Assembly: GCA_036498245.1 (NCBI GenBank)
Contig: DASXIB010000042.1
Location: 13,709-77,708 of the forward strand
Reading direction: 5' to 3'
From: Solirubrobacteraceae bacterium
GTDB lineage: Bacteria > Actinomycetota > Thermoleophilia > Solirubrobacterales > Solirubrobacteraceae
DNA length: 64,000 nt
This document shows positions 10,215-19,680 of the stretch, piece after piece. Within the stretch, counting starts at the first letter, position 1. Every line of letters starts with the position of its first letter. The notes below the pieces were generated by a model, which saw only the letters and a list, made by a program, of their open reading frames with translations, was not told the DNA's origin and did not search any database. Position numbers and translations under genes: made by a program.

Positions 10215-10776
10215 GATCGCGCCAGCGTCGAGTCCGGCGATCCGACGCTCGACGAGTGGCCGCGCCGCTACTCCGGACAGAATCGCCGTCGCGACACCCG
10301 GCCACCTGGTGATCCTCGACGCCGAGGACGCCGTCGTCGCTTACGCGAGCATCGCTATGACCGGCATCGACCGCTCGGCCGCTCCATCCGGCGTCGCGTG
10401 TGGATCGCCGGACCCAGTGCCGGCCCTCCTGCTTGGCCAACTCTCGGTCGAGAGTCGTCACAGCGGACTCGGCGTGGGCACAGCGCTCGCCGTCCAAGTT
10501 CTCGCAACCGCCGTCGAGCTCAACGCCAAGGCAGCCTGCCGCGCGGTCGTAGTCACCGCACTGAACGCCGACGCCCGACGCTGGTGGGAACGCCTGGGCT
10601 TCCGGACACTCGACCCCACCGACGAGACATGCCTCGACCTCTACCTGCTCACCAGCGACCTCGAAGCCACCCTCCGCACCCCAACCAGGCGCGGTCTTTA
10701 CGGTAGGACCCTCGGTACACCTCTGGGCGCAGTCCTAAGTTCAGCTTCACTCGTTATGGGCGGCGTCGTCTTATAA
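10212..10776 (+). pseudogene. GNAT acetyltransferase toxin (TacT/AtaT-like), frameshifted and 5'-truncated
   Basis: HDRASVESGDPTLDEW..RYSGQNRRRDT in one frame, a shift near 10300, then VVAYASIAM...PVPALLLGQLSV...GLGVGTAL...ARRWWERLGF. Confidence 0.7.
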
Positions 10777-11717
10777 ACGGTCGTCGTCGCGGTGACGGTC
10801 TTTGTGTTGAGCACGGTTGTCGCCGGCAGCGTAACCCTCTTGAATGTCGTCACGGCCTTCCCGCCAACCGTGACGCTTACGGGGACTTGAGTCGTCGTCG
10901 GGCTGACGCCACCGTTGTTATGCCCGATCGCATAGCCGGTGGCGCCGCCAGCTACCGCGGCGACGATCGAGCCGAGCATCCACCACGTAGTCCTCGCCGT
11001 ACCCCCACCGACGGTGGCACCTTGAGGGCCGCCAGATGCATCCTCGTCGCTCCTGGCCCCGCGCCGCGGGATCGACGGGCGCCAGCGCCGCAGTTTGTCG
11101 GCCTCGCGCAGGTACCGTCGCGCCGCGGCGGGATCGCCGACGCTGGACGAGGCGGCGGCGAGTTGCTGTAGCGCCCAAACCTCTGATCGTCGGTCTCCGA
11201 GCGCCCGCGCCGCGCTGCGGGCACGATCGAGGAGCGTGAGCCATTCCTCGACGCGGTGGGCGATCCCGAAGCACGCCTGCAGTGTCTTCACCAGTTCGAG
11301 TAGCCGTTTCCACTGCTGCATCTCGGCCGCCCACTCGGTGAGGCCGAGAACGGCCTCGGCGTCGTCAAGCAGTCGCTCGGGAGTCAGTTGGCCGTCCTTG
11401 GCCAGCGTCGTCATGTACTTCAGCAGGCGATCTCCTGCCGAAAGAGCGGCATCGGTTTGGCGAATCTCCTCGCCGATACGGTCGAGTACGGAGTAGCGCT
11501 GCTTCTCCTCGCGCCTGATCAGACCGTGCTGTTCGAGGTCGGCGACGAGCGGTGTGACGTCGTCATCCACCTCGGCGAGCTCGGCCAACTCCTCAGCTGA
11601 CAGCGACGCGCTACCGACGACGGCAAGCGCAGCCAGGACTCGACGCTCGGCGTCCGGCAGCGCGGTGACCCGCGTCGGCGGGGTCTCTTCGACCGGCCAA
11701 TCGCCAGTTCTGGTCAT
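10698..11717 (-). CDS. Hypothetical protein: winged-helix-like N-terminus, helical repeat region, single TM, Thr-rich tail
   Basis: Long ORF with host-like codon use; TM WWMLGSIVAAVAGGATGYAIG. Confidence 0.6.
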   Translation of the reverse strand: MTRTGDWPVEETPPTRVTALPDAERRVLAALAVVGSASLSAEELAELAEVDDDVTPLVADLEQHGLIRREEKQRYSVLDRIGEEIRQTDAALSAGDRLLKYMTTLAKDGQLTPERLLDDAEAVLGLTEWAAEMQQWKRLLELVKTLQACFGIAHRVEEWLTLLDRARSAARALGDRRSEVWALQQLAAASSSVGDPAAARRYLREADKLRRWRPSIPRRGARSDEDASGGPQGATVGGGTARTTWWMLGSIVAAVAGGATGYAIGHNNGGVSPTTTQVPVSVTVGGKAVTTFKRVTLPATTVLNTKTVTATTTVYKTTPPITSEAELRTAPRGVPRVLP

Positions 11718-11777
11718 GACGCGGTCTCGATCCTCATCCCAGGCCGTTTAGCGATGGGTCATGCGCTCGGGGCTGAG

Positions 11778-12848
11778 TCAGGCATCAAACGTGTCCTTCC
11801 CAGGCGTGACCTGGGGCGGCGCGTTCGACGTCACACCGGGCGTCACGCCGACGTACTCACCGCCGATCTTGCCGCCGTCGACCGTCAGCTTCAGGAATCC
11901 GTATTCCGAATCGTCGCCGTACTCGAAGGTCACACCCGGCGCGAGCTGCTCGCCGGGGTTCGAGCCGGGAGCCAGCCGATGCAGGTTGTGGTAGCCCGAG
12001 TTCCCGATCACGACGTACGGGATCGCATGCGCGAGATCTGAGCGGGTGAAGCGCTGGTAGTCGTGGACGTGGCCAGAGATCACGAGCTGCGGCAGGCGCC
12101 CCGATGTCTTGAACGCCGAGTCGAGCGCGTCGCCCATCTTCTGCGATCCACCGTGATGGGCATCGACGCTATAGGGCGGATGGTGCAGCGTGACGATCAG
12201 CGGCAGCTTCGGGTCGGCGTCTTTCAGCTCGCCGGTCAGCCAGTCGATCTGCGACTGCTCCAAGTGCCCTCCGGATGGCACGTTCGAGTAGAGCCCGACG
12301 ACCGTGACCGCTTCGCACTGGAGCGTCCAGTCGCAGTAGGGCTGGGTCTGGAGGTCGCGGCCGTACTCCTCGTTACCCGGCGGCAGCGCGGGCTTGGTCG
12401 CGCAGAAGTTCGCCATCCACGTATCGAGCGGCGTGCGGCTCGGGTCGTCCGTCGTGTCGCCGTCGTGGTTGCCTGGGATGCTCAGGAACGGCGCCGGCAG
12501 GTGCGCGTACGCCTCGTAGAACTGCGGATGCCACTCTGTCTGATCGGCGTTGAAATAGACGACGTCGCCGACGCTGTAGACGAACGCAGGCAGCTTTTCC
12601 GCCTCCATCGCCAGCGTCACGGCGTTCTGTGGGTTCGGGTCCTTGATCCCACCGTGGTCACCGACGACGAAGAACGTCAGCGGCTTGTTCTCCTTGACGC
12701 CGAGATCCGCTGCCTTCGCGCGTCCGCCCCCACCGGTCGGGAGTGGCTGCGTCGAAGCGGTCGGCGCCCAGGACTTCTGAAGCTGTTTGACTGCCGTTGT
12801 GGGCTTGATCCCGACCCTGCGTCGGGCGACCTTCTTGGCGGGACTCAT
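11778..12848 (-). CDS. Calcineurin-like metallophosphoesterase (purple acid phosphatase-like)
   Basis: GDHG, GDVVY, GNHD, HHPPY, GHVHDYQR motifs; SD GAGGAG before ATG 12848. Confidence 0.9.
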   Translation of the reverse strand: MSPAKKVARRRVGIKPTTAVKQLQKSWAPTASTQPLPTGGGGRAKAADLGVKENKPLTFFVVGDHGGIKDPNPQNAVTLAMEAEKLPAFVYSVGDVVYFNADQTEWHPQFYEAYAHLPAPFLSIPGNHDGDTTDDPSRTPLDTWMANFCATKPALPPGNEEYGRDLQTQPYCDWTLQCEAVTVVGLYSNVPSGGHLEQSQIDWLTGELKDADPKLPLIVTLHHPPYSVDAHHGGSQKMGDALDSAFKTSGRLPQLVISGHVHDYQRFTRSDLAHAIPYVVIGNSGYHNLHRLAPGSNPGEQLAPGVTFEYGDDSEYGFLKLTVDGGKIGGEYVGVTPGVTSNAPPQVTPGKDTFDA

Positions 12849-12857
12849 CTCGCTCTC

Positions 12858-12887
12858 CTCTGCGCCGATCACCTCTGCGCCGATCAC
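12858..12887. repeat. Perfect 15-bp tandem direct repeat
   Basis: CTCTGCGCCGATCAC twice, just upstream of the phosphoesterase RBS. Confidence 0.85.
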
Positions 12888-13024
12888 ATACCGGGCAGCT
12901 CTTTCATCTCGTTGAAACATCCATTTCTAACAAGAGTTCAGATTATTGCAAGTTGAGATATTTCGCCACGTCGGTGGAGAAGCGCGGAACCACCTGATCA
13001 GGGAGAATCCGCTCCGGCATACGC

Positions 13025-14608
13025 ATGAGCGCATCGACAACGCAAACGCTTTCGACCGGCCGGCACGCGGACCCCGACGATGGGCTCTCCACGCCGCACC
13101 ACCGCGTCGCGATCGTAGGCTCCGGCTTTGCCGGCTTGGGAACCGCGATTCGGCTGAAGCAGCGCGGCGAGCACGACTTCGTGCTGCTCGAGCGCGCTGA
13201 GCGCCTCGGCGGGACATGGCGGGACAACACCTACCCGGGCTGCGCCTGCGACGTGCCCTCGCACCTGTACTCGTTCTCCTTCGCGCTGAACCCGGATTGG
13301 ACGCGCCTGTGCTCACCCCAGGCGGAGATCCAGGCGTATCTCGAGCGGGTGGCCGAGGAATACGGCATCCCCCCGCACATCCGCTTTGGCCACGAGATGC
13401 TCGAGTCCGCGTGGAACGACGAGCGTCGGCATTGGGAGATCCAGACCTCGGCCGGCTCGCTGACAGCCGATCTGCTGGTCAGCGGCATGGGTGGCCTCAG
13501 CGAGCCCTCCGTCCCGAAGCTCGAGGGCCTCGAGTCGTTCGAGGGCGCCGCGTTCCATTCGGCGCAGTGGGATCACAGCCACGATCTCAGCGGCAAGCGC
13601 GTGGCCGTCATCGGCACCGGCGCCTCGGCCGTCCAATTCATCCCGGAGATCCAGCCGGAAGTCGGCGAGTTGCAGGTCTACCAGCGCACGGCCCCGTGGA
13701 TCGTGCCGCGCCGCAATGCCGAGATCAACCCGCGCTTGCGGCGCCTGTTCCAGCGCTTTCCCCCGGCGATGAAGCTGCTGCGCGGCGCGCTGTACTGGAG
13801 CGCCGAGCTGCTCGTGCTCGGCCTGGCCAAGGAGCCGCGACTGATGCGCATTCTGGAGCGCGTGGCCGAAGCGAACCTGCGCCGTCAAGTCTTAGACCCG
13901 GAGCTGCGCAGCAGGCTTGCGCCGAGCTACCGTCTGGGCTGCAAGCGCATCCTCTTCACCGACTCCTATCTGCCGGCGCTGAACAACCCCAATGTCGACG
14001 TGGTCAGCTCGGGCATCCGCGAAGTGCGCCCGCATTCGATCGTCACCGAAGACGGCGTCGAGCGCGAGGTCGACACGATCATCTTCGGCACGGGCTTCCA
14101 CGTCACCGACCAGCCGCTGATCGATCGCGTCAGGGGCACGGATGGGCGCCTGCTGTCCGAGCACTGGCGGGGGACGATGGCCGCTTTCAACGGCACGACG
14201 GTCACCGGCTTTCCCAACCTGTTCACCCTGCTCGGCCCCTATACGGGCCTCGGTCACACCTCGATCGTGATCATGATCGAGGCCCAGATCGAGTACGTGA
14301 TGAAGGCGCTCGACGCGATCGAGGATCGCGGGGTCGCGGCGGTCGACGTGCGCCCGCGAGCGCAGGCCGCGTTCGTCGCGGAGATGAGCCGCATGGCCGA
14401 GGGCACCGTGTGGACCGCCGGCGGCTGTCAGAGCTGGTACCTGGACGCCCACGGCAACGCGTCCACGATCTGGCCGGACTTCACGTTCCGCTTCCGCGCG
14501 CGCACCAAGCGATTCGACACCGACGACTACGAGCTGATTCCGCACGTCACACCAAGAGTCGACAGTCCGATTCGAGCCACTACGAGCGAAGAGGCCTCCA
14601 TCGCATGA
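13025..14608 (+). CDS. Baeyer-Villiger-type flavin monooxygenase
   Basis: GSGFAG, GGTWRDNTYPGCACD, FHSAQWDH, GTGASAVQ. Confidence 0.93.
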   Translation: MSASTTQTLSTGRHADPDDGLSTPHHRVAIVGSGFAGLGTAIRLKQRGEHDFVLLERAERLGGTWRDNTYPGCACDVPSHLYSFSFALNPDWTRLCSPQAEIQAYLERVAEEYGIPPHIRFGHEMLESAWNDERRHWEIQTSAGSLTADLLVSGMGGLSEPSVPKLEGLESFEGAAFHSAQWDHSHDLSGKRVAVIGTGASAVQFIPEIQPEVGELQVYQRTAPWIVPRRNAEINPRLRRLFQRFPPAMKLLRGALYWSAELLVLGLAKEPRLMRILERVAEANLRRQVLDPELRSRLAPSYRLGCKRILFTDSYLPALNNPNVDVVSSGIREVRPHSIVTEDGVEREVDTIIFGTGFHVTDQPLIDRVRGTDGRLLSEHWRGTMAAFNGTTVTGFPNLFTLLGPYTGLGHTSIVIMIEAQIEYVMKALDAIEDRGVAAVDVRPRAQAAFVAEMSRMAEGTVWTAGGCQSWYLDAHGNASTIWPDFTFRFRARTKRFDTDDYELIPHVTPRVDSPIRATTSEEASIA

Positions 14609-15516
14609 GCCGAAAGAGTGCAACGCCATTTGACGTCAACGGACGCACGGTCTTCATCACCGGCGCAGCGCGGGGGATCGGCGCGGAGACCGCCAGACGG
14701 CTCCACGCCAAGGGCGCCAACGTGGCGCTCGTCGGGCTCGAGCCCGATCGCTTGGAGGAGCTCGCCGCCCAGCTCGGCGACCGTGCCGCCTGCTTCGAGG
14801 TGGACGTCACCGACTACGACGCGCTCCAACGCGCCGTCAGCGCGACGATCGAGCGCTTTGGCGCGCTCGACGTGGCGATCGCCAACGCGGGCGTCCAGTT
14901 CAACGGAGCCCTCGCCACCACACCGGTCGAGCACGTCGAGCGCACCCTCGCGGTCAACCTGCTCGGCGTGTGGCGCACCGATCGCGCCGTTATCGAGCAC
15001 ATCGCCGCGCGGCGAGGCTACCTGCTGAACATCTCCTCGCTGAGTGCGATCGTCCACCCGCCGCTGCTCGGCGCCTACGCCACGGCCAAGGCTGGGGTCG
15101 AGGCGCTGAGCGACGCCCTGCGGCTGGAGAGCGCCCCGTCGGGCGCGCGCGTGGGCTGCGCGTACTTCGGCTTCATCGACACCGACCTCGTGCGCGGTGG
15201 CTTCGCAGGGCCCTCGGGCCAGGCCGCCCGCAGTCAGATGCCCGGCTTCATCGGCAGGCCCGCCCCCCTGTCGAAGGCAATCGACGCGATCGAGGATGGT
15301 GTCGAACGCCGCGCCGCTCGTGTCTGGGCTCCCCGCTGGGTCGGACCGATGCTGCTGCTGCGAGGGATCCTGCAGCCGATCGTCGAACGGGGGACGCTGA
15401 GGGATACCGGGCCGCTCGAAGAAAGCCTGCGTCTCGCCGAGCCAACCGCCGGCGAGGTCGCAGACCAGGATCCGCTACTGGGCGTCGCCGCCAGAGCCGT
15501 AGCTCCGAAAAGCTAG
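14605..15516 (+). CDS. Short-chain dehydrogenase/reductase
   Basis: TGAARGIG, NAG, YATAK; ATGA overlap with the monooxygenase. Confidence 0.92.
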   Translation: MSRKSATPFDVNGRTVFITGAARGIGAETARRLHAKGANVALVGLEPDRLEELAAQLGDRAACFEVDVTDYDALQRAVSATIERFGALDVAIANAGVQFNGALATTPVEHVERTLAVNLLGVWRTDRAVIEHIAARRGYLLNISSLSAIVHPPLLGAYATAKAGVEALSDALRLESAPSGARVGCAYFGFIDTDLVRGGFAGPSGQAARSQMPGFIGRPAPLSKAIDAIEDGVERRAARVWAPRWVGPMLLLRGILQPIVERGTLRDTGPLEESLRLAEPTAGEVADQDPLLGVAARAVAPKS

Positions 15517-16136
15517 TCGGAGGAGACCTCCGGCTCGCCGTCGGCGAGGATGCGGTAGAGGTCGCGCCGCGCGGCGACCAGCACCTTGCGCGCCTCGCCC
15601 ATCTGCGCCTCGCTGCCGGTCCGCATCACCTGCACGAAGGCCGAGGCGACCTCGCGCATCAGCTTGCCGAGCTCGACGGCCTGGTTGCTGACGTCGCCGC
15701 TCATCTCCTCCCACGGCGCCGGCTTGCCCTCTCCGCGCTCCTCGACGAACGCGCGTCCGGCGTCGGTCAGCTCGAAGAGCTTTCGCCCCTCCGACTCCGC
15801 GGAGCGGATCAATCCCTCGTCCTCGAGCTGCTGGAGCGCCGGATACACCGAGCCTGGGCTCGGACGCCACACACCGTCACTGCGCTCCTCGACCTCCTGC
15901 ATGATCTGGTATCCGTTTCTGGGCTCCTCACTCAGCAGCAGCAGCGCTGCCGTGCGGATGTCACCGCGCCGCGCCTTGCGCCCTCGCCCGCGGGGGCCGC
16001 CGCCGCCGGGACCGAAGCCGAACGGGCCGCCGAAGCCACCGGGACCGCCAAAGCCACGGTGGCGGTGATGGTGGGGGTGATGACACCCCCCCTTGCCGTG
16101 GTGCCCCTCTTGTGTATGAATCGCATGCGCGAACAT
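15513..16136 (-). CDS. PadR-family transcriptional regulator with His/Gly-rich N-terminus
   Basis: RRGDIRTAALLLL..PRNGYQIMQ..WRPSPGSVYPALQQLEDEG. Confidence 0.92.
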   Translation of the reverse strand: MFAHAIHTQEGHHGKGGCHHPHHHRHRGFGGPGGFGGPFGFGPGGGGPRGRGRKARRGDIRTAALLLLSEEPRNGYQIMQEVEERSDGVWRPSPGSVYPALQQLEDEGLIRSAESEGRKLFELTDAGRAFVEERGEGKPAPWEEMSGDVSNQAVELGKLMREVASAFVQVMRTGSEAQMGEARKVLVAARRDLYRILADGEPEVSSD

Positions 16137-16170
16137 ATCTATCTCCTATCGCGAACCATCAAAGTACGCT

Positions 16171-16200
16171 CATGATATATCGTGATACTCGTTATGTCAA
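16171..16200 (-). promoter_or_regulatory. sigma70-type padR promoter overlapped by a palindromic operator
   Basis: Minus strand TTGACA-17 nt-TATCAT; the near-palindrome CATGATATATCGTG (16171-16184) covers the -10. Confidence 0.75.
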
Positions 16201-16240
16201 GGGATTGGGTCGTCGTTTATTCGATACCATTTATGACGTC

Positions 16241-16573
16241 ATGGGTGCTGCGGAACTGGTTTCTTCCACACGTAAGCGCCTGGGACTGAGCCAGCGCCGC
16301 CTCGCCCTCAGGGCGGGAACCACTCAGGCAGCTGTCAGCCGCATCGAGCGGGGCGTCGTCTCGCCCACGTTCTCGACCTTGCGCGAGCTGATGATCGCCA
16401 TGGGAGAGGAGCCCGTGCTTTCTTCCCGGCGGCTCGCGACGAATTGGGATCCGGTGCACATGAGGAGCACTTTGGAGCGACCGGTCGAGGAGCGCCTCGC
16501 CCTGGCACTCTCCTGGAACCGAATGGCCTCCCAGCTCGCGGCCGCCGGTCGCGTGGCACGTGGCGATGACTGA
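16241..16573 (+). CDS. XRE-family HTH protein (putative antitoxin)
   Basis: RKRLGLSQRRLALRAGTTQAAVSRIERGVVSPT. Confidence 0.85.
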   Translation: MGAAELVSSTRKRLGLSQRRLALRAGTTQAAVSRIERGVVSPTFSTLRELMIAMGEEPVLSSRRLATNWDPVHMRSTLERPVEERLALALSWNRMASQLAAAGRVARGDD

Positions 16574-17063
16574 GCCCGCACCGGCCCAGAACGAGCTCGA
16601 TCCCGAGCGCATCTTCGCCGCTCTGGATGCCCATGAGGTGGAATACATCGTGATCGGAGGCATAGCCGTCCAAGTCCACGGCCATGTACGCATGACCAAT
16701 GACGTCGATCTGATTCCCTCTCCCGATCCAGCGAACCTCGGACGTCTAGCGGCTGCTCTCAATGCTCTCGACGCACGCATCCTCAACCCTGGAAGCGAGC
16801 ACCTGTCGATCGACGCGGCAATGCTCCCCAGAGCGACCCTTTGGCAGATGACGACGCGCTGTGGCGACATCGACATCCTGCACGAAGCCCCCGGCGCGGC
16901 TCCCTACCCCCAGTTGCGCGATCGCGCGCTGGTCGTCACCCTGGGAGACCTGGCGATCCAGTTCGCTGGACGTGACGACCTGATCCGGATGAAGCGCGCG
17001 CGCGGACGCCCGGTCGATCTCGCCGACGTGGTGGCCCTGACCGAGATCGACCACAGCGAGTAG
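16566..17063 (+). CDS. Nucleotidyltransferase-fold protein (putative toxin)
   Basis: YIVIGGIAVQVHGHVRMTNDVDL, LIRMKRARGRPVDLAD; overlaps the XRE gene. Confidence 0.8.
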   Translation: MTEPAPAQNELDPERIFAALDAHEVEYIVIGGIAVQVHGHVRMTNDVDLIPSPDPANLGRLAAALNALDARILNPGSEHLSIDAAMLPRATLWQMTTRCGDIDILHEAPGAAPYPQLRDRALVVTLGDLAIQFAGRDDLIRMKRARGRPVDLADVVALTEIDHSE

Positions 17064-17103
17064 AACCCGGCGCCTAAACGACGCGCTCCGACCGGCGCCG
17101 CCG

Positions 17104-18723
17104 TCAGTGACGGAAGTGGCGCACGTCGGTCGCCACCATTGCGACGCCCGCGGCGTCCGCCGCGGCGACGACCTCCTCGTCGCGCACCGAGCCGGCCGGC
17201 TGGACGATCGCCGCCACTCCCGCGGCGATCGCGAGCTCGGGGCCGTCGGCGAAAGGGAAGAAGGCGTCCGAGGCGAGCGCCGCGCCGGCGAGCAGCTCGG
17301 GCTGGCCGGCCTGGGCCTTGTCGATCGCGATCCTGACCGCGTCTATGCGGCTCATCTGACCTGCGCCGATCCCGATCGTCGCGCCTGCCGCGGCGATCAC
17401 AATCGCGTTGGAGCGCACGTGGCGGCATACCTTCCACGCGAACAACATGTCGCTCCACTGCTCCTCGGAAGGCTCACGCGCGCTCAGCACGCGCATCTGC
17501 TCGCGTCCCTCCGTGACGACATCGCGGGTCTGCACGAGCTGGCCGCCGAGCACGGGCTTGCCTTCGACCTCGTGACTGGGCGCCGGCCACCGCGCAAGCT
17601 CCAGCAGGCGCACGTTCTTCTTGGCCTTCAACACCTCGAGCGCGTCCCCGTCATAGCCCGGCGCCAGCAGGACCTCGACGAACTGCTTCGAGAGCTCCTC
17701 GGCGAAGGCGCCGTCGACCCGGCGGTTGACCGCGATCACGCCGCCGTAGGCGCTCTGCGGATCGCACGCGAAGGCGCGTTCGTAAGCCGCCCGGCCGCTC
17801 TCGCCGAGAGCGCAGCCGCAGGGGTTGTTGTGCTTTACGATCGCGCACGCCGCCCCCTCGAAGTCCTCGACCAGCTCGCGTGCGGAGCTGAGGTCGAGCA
17901 GGTTGTTGAACGACAGCTCCTTGCCGTGCAGCTGGGAGACTCCGTCGAGCAGGTGCGTCGGCGAGCCCACACGCGCGTAGAAGGTGGCGCGCTGGTGGGG
18001 GTTCTCGCCGTAGCGCAGATCGCTCACCTTCTCGTATGCCTCACACCACGCTGGTGGAAAGCCCTTGTAGGTATGGGCGGCGAACCATGTGGAGATCGCC
18101 GCGTCGTAGCGCGCGGTGCATGCGAATGCCTTGGCCGCGAGCCCTTTGCGCGTGGCGAGCGACAGCATGCCGTCGGACTCGCGTAGCTCCGCGAGCACGC
18201 TCTCGTAGTCGGTCGGGTCGACCACGACGGCCGCGAACGCATGATTCTTGGCGGCCGCGCGGATCATCGTCGGGCCACCGATGTCGATGTTCTCGATCGC
18301 CTCCTCCTCGCTCGCGTCGCCGCGCGCGACGGTGCGCTCGAAGGGGTAGAGGTTCACGCACACCAGGTCGACCTGCTCGATCTCCTGCTCGGCGGCAGCG
18401 GCGAGGTGCGCGTCCTCGTCGCGCCTGGCGAGCAGCCCCGCATACAACCGCGGGTGAAGCGTCTTCACGCGCCCGTCCATGATCTCCGGAAAGCCGGTGA
18501 AGCCCTCGATCGAGCGAACATCCACGCCCGCCTCGGACAGCTCTCGCGCTGTTCCCCCGGTCGAGACGATCTCCACGCCGAGCCCGGCCAGGCCGCGGGC
18601 GAAGTCCACGATCCCGTCCTTGTCAGAGACCGACAGCAGTGCTCGGCGCACGCGCGTCTCGCCGGGCGCAGCGCGCTCGATTCCATCGCTCGAGCGGGCG
18701 GTGACGTCGGTGTCTGCGGTCAT
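17104..18723 (-). CDS. purH: AICAR transformylase/IMP cyclohydrolase
   Basis: RALLSVSDK, GRVKTLHP, LRYGENPHQ, ASDAFFPF, RHFRH. Confidence 0.98.
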   Translation of the reverse strand: MTADTDVTARSSDGIERAAPGETRVRRALLSVSDKDGIVDFARGLAGLGVEIVSTGGTARELSEAGVDVRSIEGFTGFPEIMDGRVKTLHPRLYAGLLARRDEDAHLAAAAEQEIEQVDLVCVNLYPFERTVARGDASEEEAIENIDIGGPTMIRAAAKNHAFAAVVVDPTDYESVLAELRESDGMLSLATRKGLAAKAFACTARYDAAISTWFAAHTYKGFPPAWCEAYEKVSDLRYGENPHQRATFYARVGSPTHLLDGVSQLHGKELSFNNLLDLSSARELVEDFEGAACAIVKHNNPCGCALGESGRAAYERAFACDPQSAYGGVIAVNRRVDGAFAEELSKQFVEVLLAPGYDGDALEVLKAKKNVRLLELARWPAPSHEVEGKPVLGGQLVQTRDVVTEGREQMRVLSAREPSEEQWSDMLFAWKVCRHVRSNAIVIAAAGATIGIGAGQMSRIDAVRIAIDKAQAGQPELLAGAALASDAFFPFADGPELAIAAGVAAIVQPAGSVRDEEVVAAADAAGVAMVATDVRHFRH

Positions 18724-18732
18724 TCCCTGAGC

Positions 18733-19383
18733 CTACTCATCGACCGTGACCTCTTGCCCCGGGGAGAAGCGTTCGATCAGCACCCGGCGCTCGTTCGCCT
18801 GGTCGAGGCTCAGGGCACCTCGCGCAAACAGGCGCGCGGCCTCGCATAGCAGCGAGTGCTCGAGCGGGCGCAAAGCGCTCAGCACCTCAGCCGGATCGCG
18901 GGCGTCCGGCAGCTCGATCGCGCGCTGGAGGATCACCGGCCCGCTGTCGACCCCTGCGTCGACGAAGTGCACTGTGACTCCGAACACCCTCACCCCGTAG
19001 GCGAGCGCCTGCTCGATCGCTTCCAGACCGGGGAATGCCGGCAGCAGGGACGGGTGCACGTTGATCACCGCGTCCGGGAAACGCGCGAGGAAGGGCTCAC
19101 CGAGCAGCTCCATGTACCCCGCCAGAACGACGAGCTGCGTGCCTCGCTCGCTCAGCCAGTCGGCCAGCGCCTCATCGCGCGCCCCACGGTCGGCATACTC
19201 GGAGCGAGGAAAGACCGCTGTCGCGACACCGGCCATGCGCGCGCGGGCAAGCGCGGGGACATCGGCGACGCTCGATGCCACCGCCACGATCCGGGCCTCC
19301 CGTTCGTGCACGGTGTCGAGCAGCGCCTGCAGATTCGTGCCTCTGCCTGAAACGAGCACGGCGATCGACAATTGTTCTTGCAC
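18733..19383 (-). CDS. purN: Phosphoribosylglycinamide formyltransferase
   Basis: VLVSGRGTNLQAL, INVHPSLLPAFPG, GVTVHFVDAGVDSGP; GTG start 7 nt after TAAGGT. Confidence 0.96.
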   Translation of the reverse strand: MQEQLSIAVLVSGRGTNLQALLDTVHEREARIVAVASSVADVPALARARMAGVATAVFPRSEYADRGARDEALADWLSERGTQLVVLAGYMELLGEPFLARFPDAVINVHPSLLPAFPGLEAIEQALAYGVRVFGVTVHFVDAGVDSGPVILQRAIELPDARDPAEVLSALRPLEHSLLCEAARLFARGALSLDQANERRVLIERFSPGQEVTVDE

Positions 19384-19451
19384 GCGCCGGACCTTAGCGG
19401 CGGAGTGCCGGGCAGCGGACCTCCGCGTCAGCGCGTGCGGGTGGTTGACGG

Positions 19452-19467
19452 TGTGACTCAACTCACA
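19452..19467. promoter_or_regulatory. Perfect CRP/GlxR-type box
   Basis: TGTGA-CTCAAC-TCACA, between divergent purN and a small ORF. Confidence 0.7.
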
Positions 19468-19536
19468 GACGTATGCGTCAAGGGATTGTTCAATGTTGTC
19501 GAGGGCGGAGAACAACAATCGAATCGAGGTTCTCCC

Positions 19537-19680
19537 ATGCTTGCATCGATCATCGTCGCGCTAGTCATCCTCGCCGCTCTGGCGAATGCCTTCAGGCCAG
19601 GCCGCCGAGGCGACATCATCACCAGCCGGCCGTACAACAACCGTTACAGCGACGCCTCCGGCGCCCGCGACCTAAGCTGA
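19537..19680 (+). CDS. 47-aa single-pass membrane peptide
   Basis: SD GAGGT then ATG; MLASIIVALVILAALANAF-RPGRRGDIITSRPYNNRYSDASGARDLS; GC3-rich codons; hairpin after the stop. Confidence 0.7.
   Translation: MLASIIVALVILAALANAFRPGRRGDIITSRPYNNRYSDASGARDLS

Larger units (their letters stand above)
9340..12950. mobile_element. Decayed accessory islet downstream of tRNA-Lys
   Basis: Orphan HicB, a gene fragment, a frameshifted GNAT toxin and lower GC. No integrase or att duplication was found, and the right boundary is approximate. Confidence 0.4.

Noticed and set aside
9340..12950. Intact integrative element or prophage at tRNA-Lys
   Set aside because: No integrase, phage genes or duplicated tRNA 3' end were found.
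16175..16202. dif-like arm TTATGTCAAG
   Set aside because: There is no matching XerC arm at 6-bp spacing; the padR -35 (TTGACA on the minus strand) explains it better.
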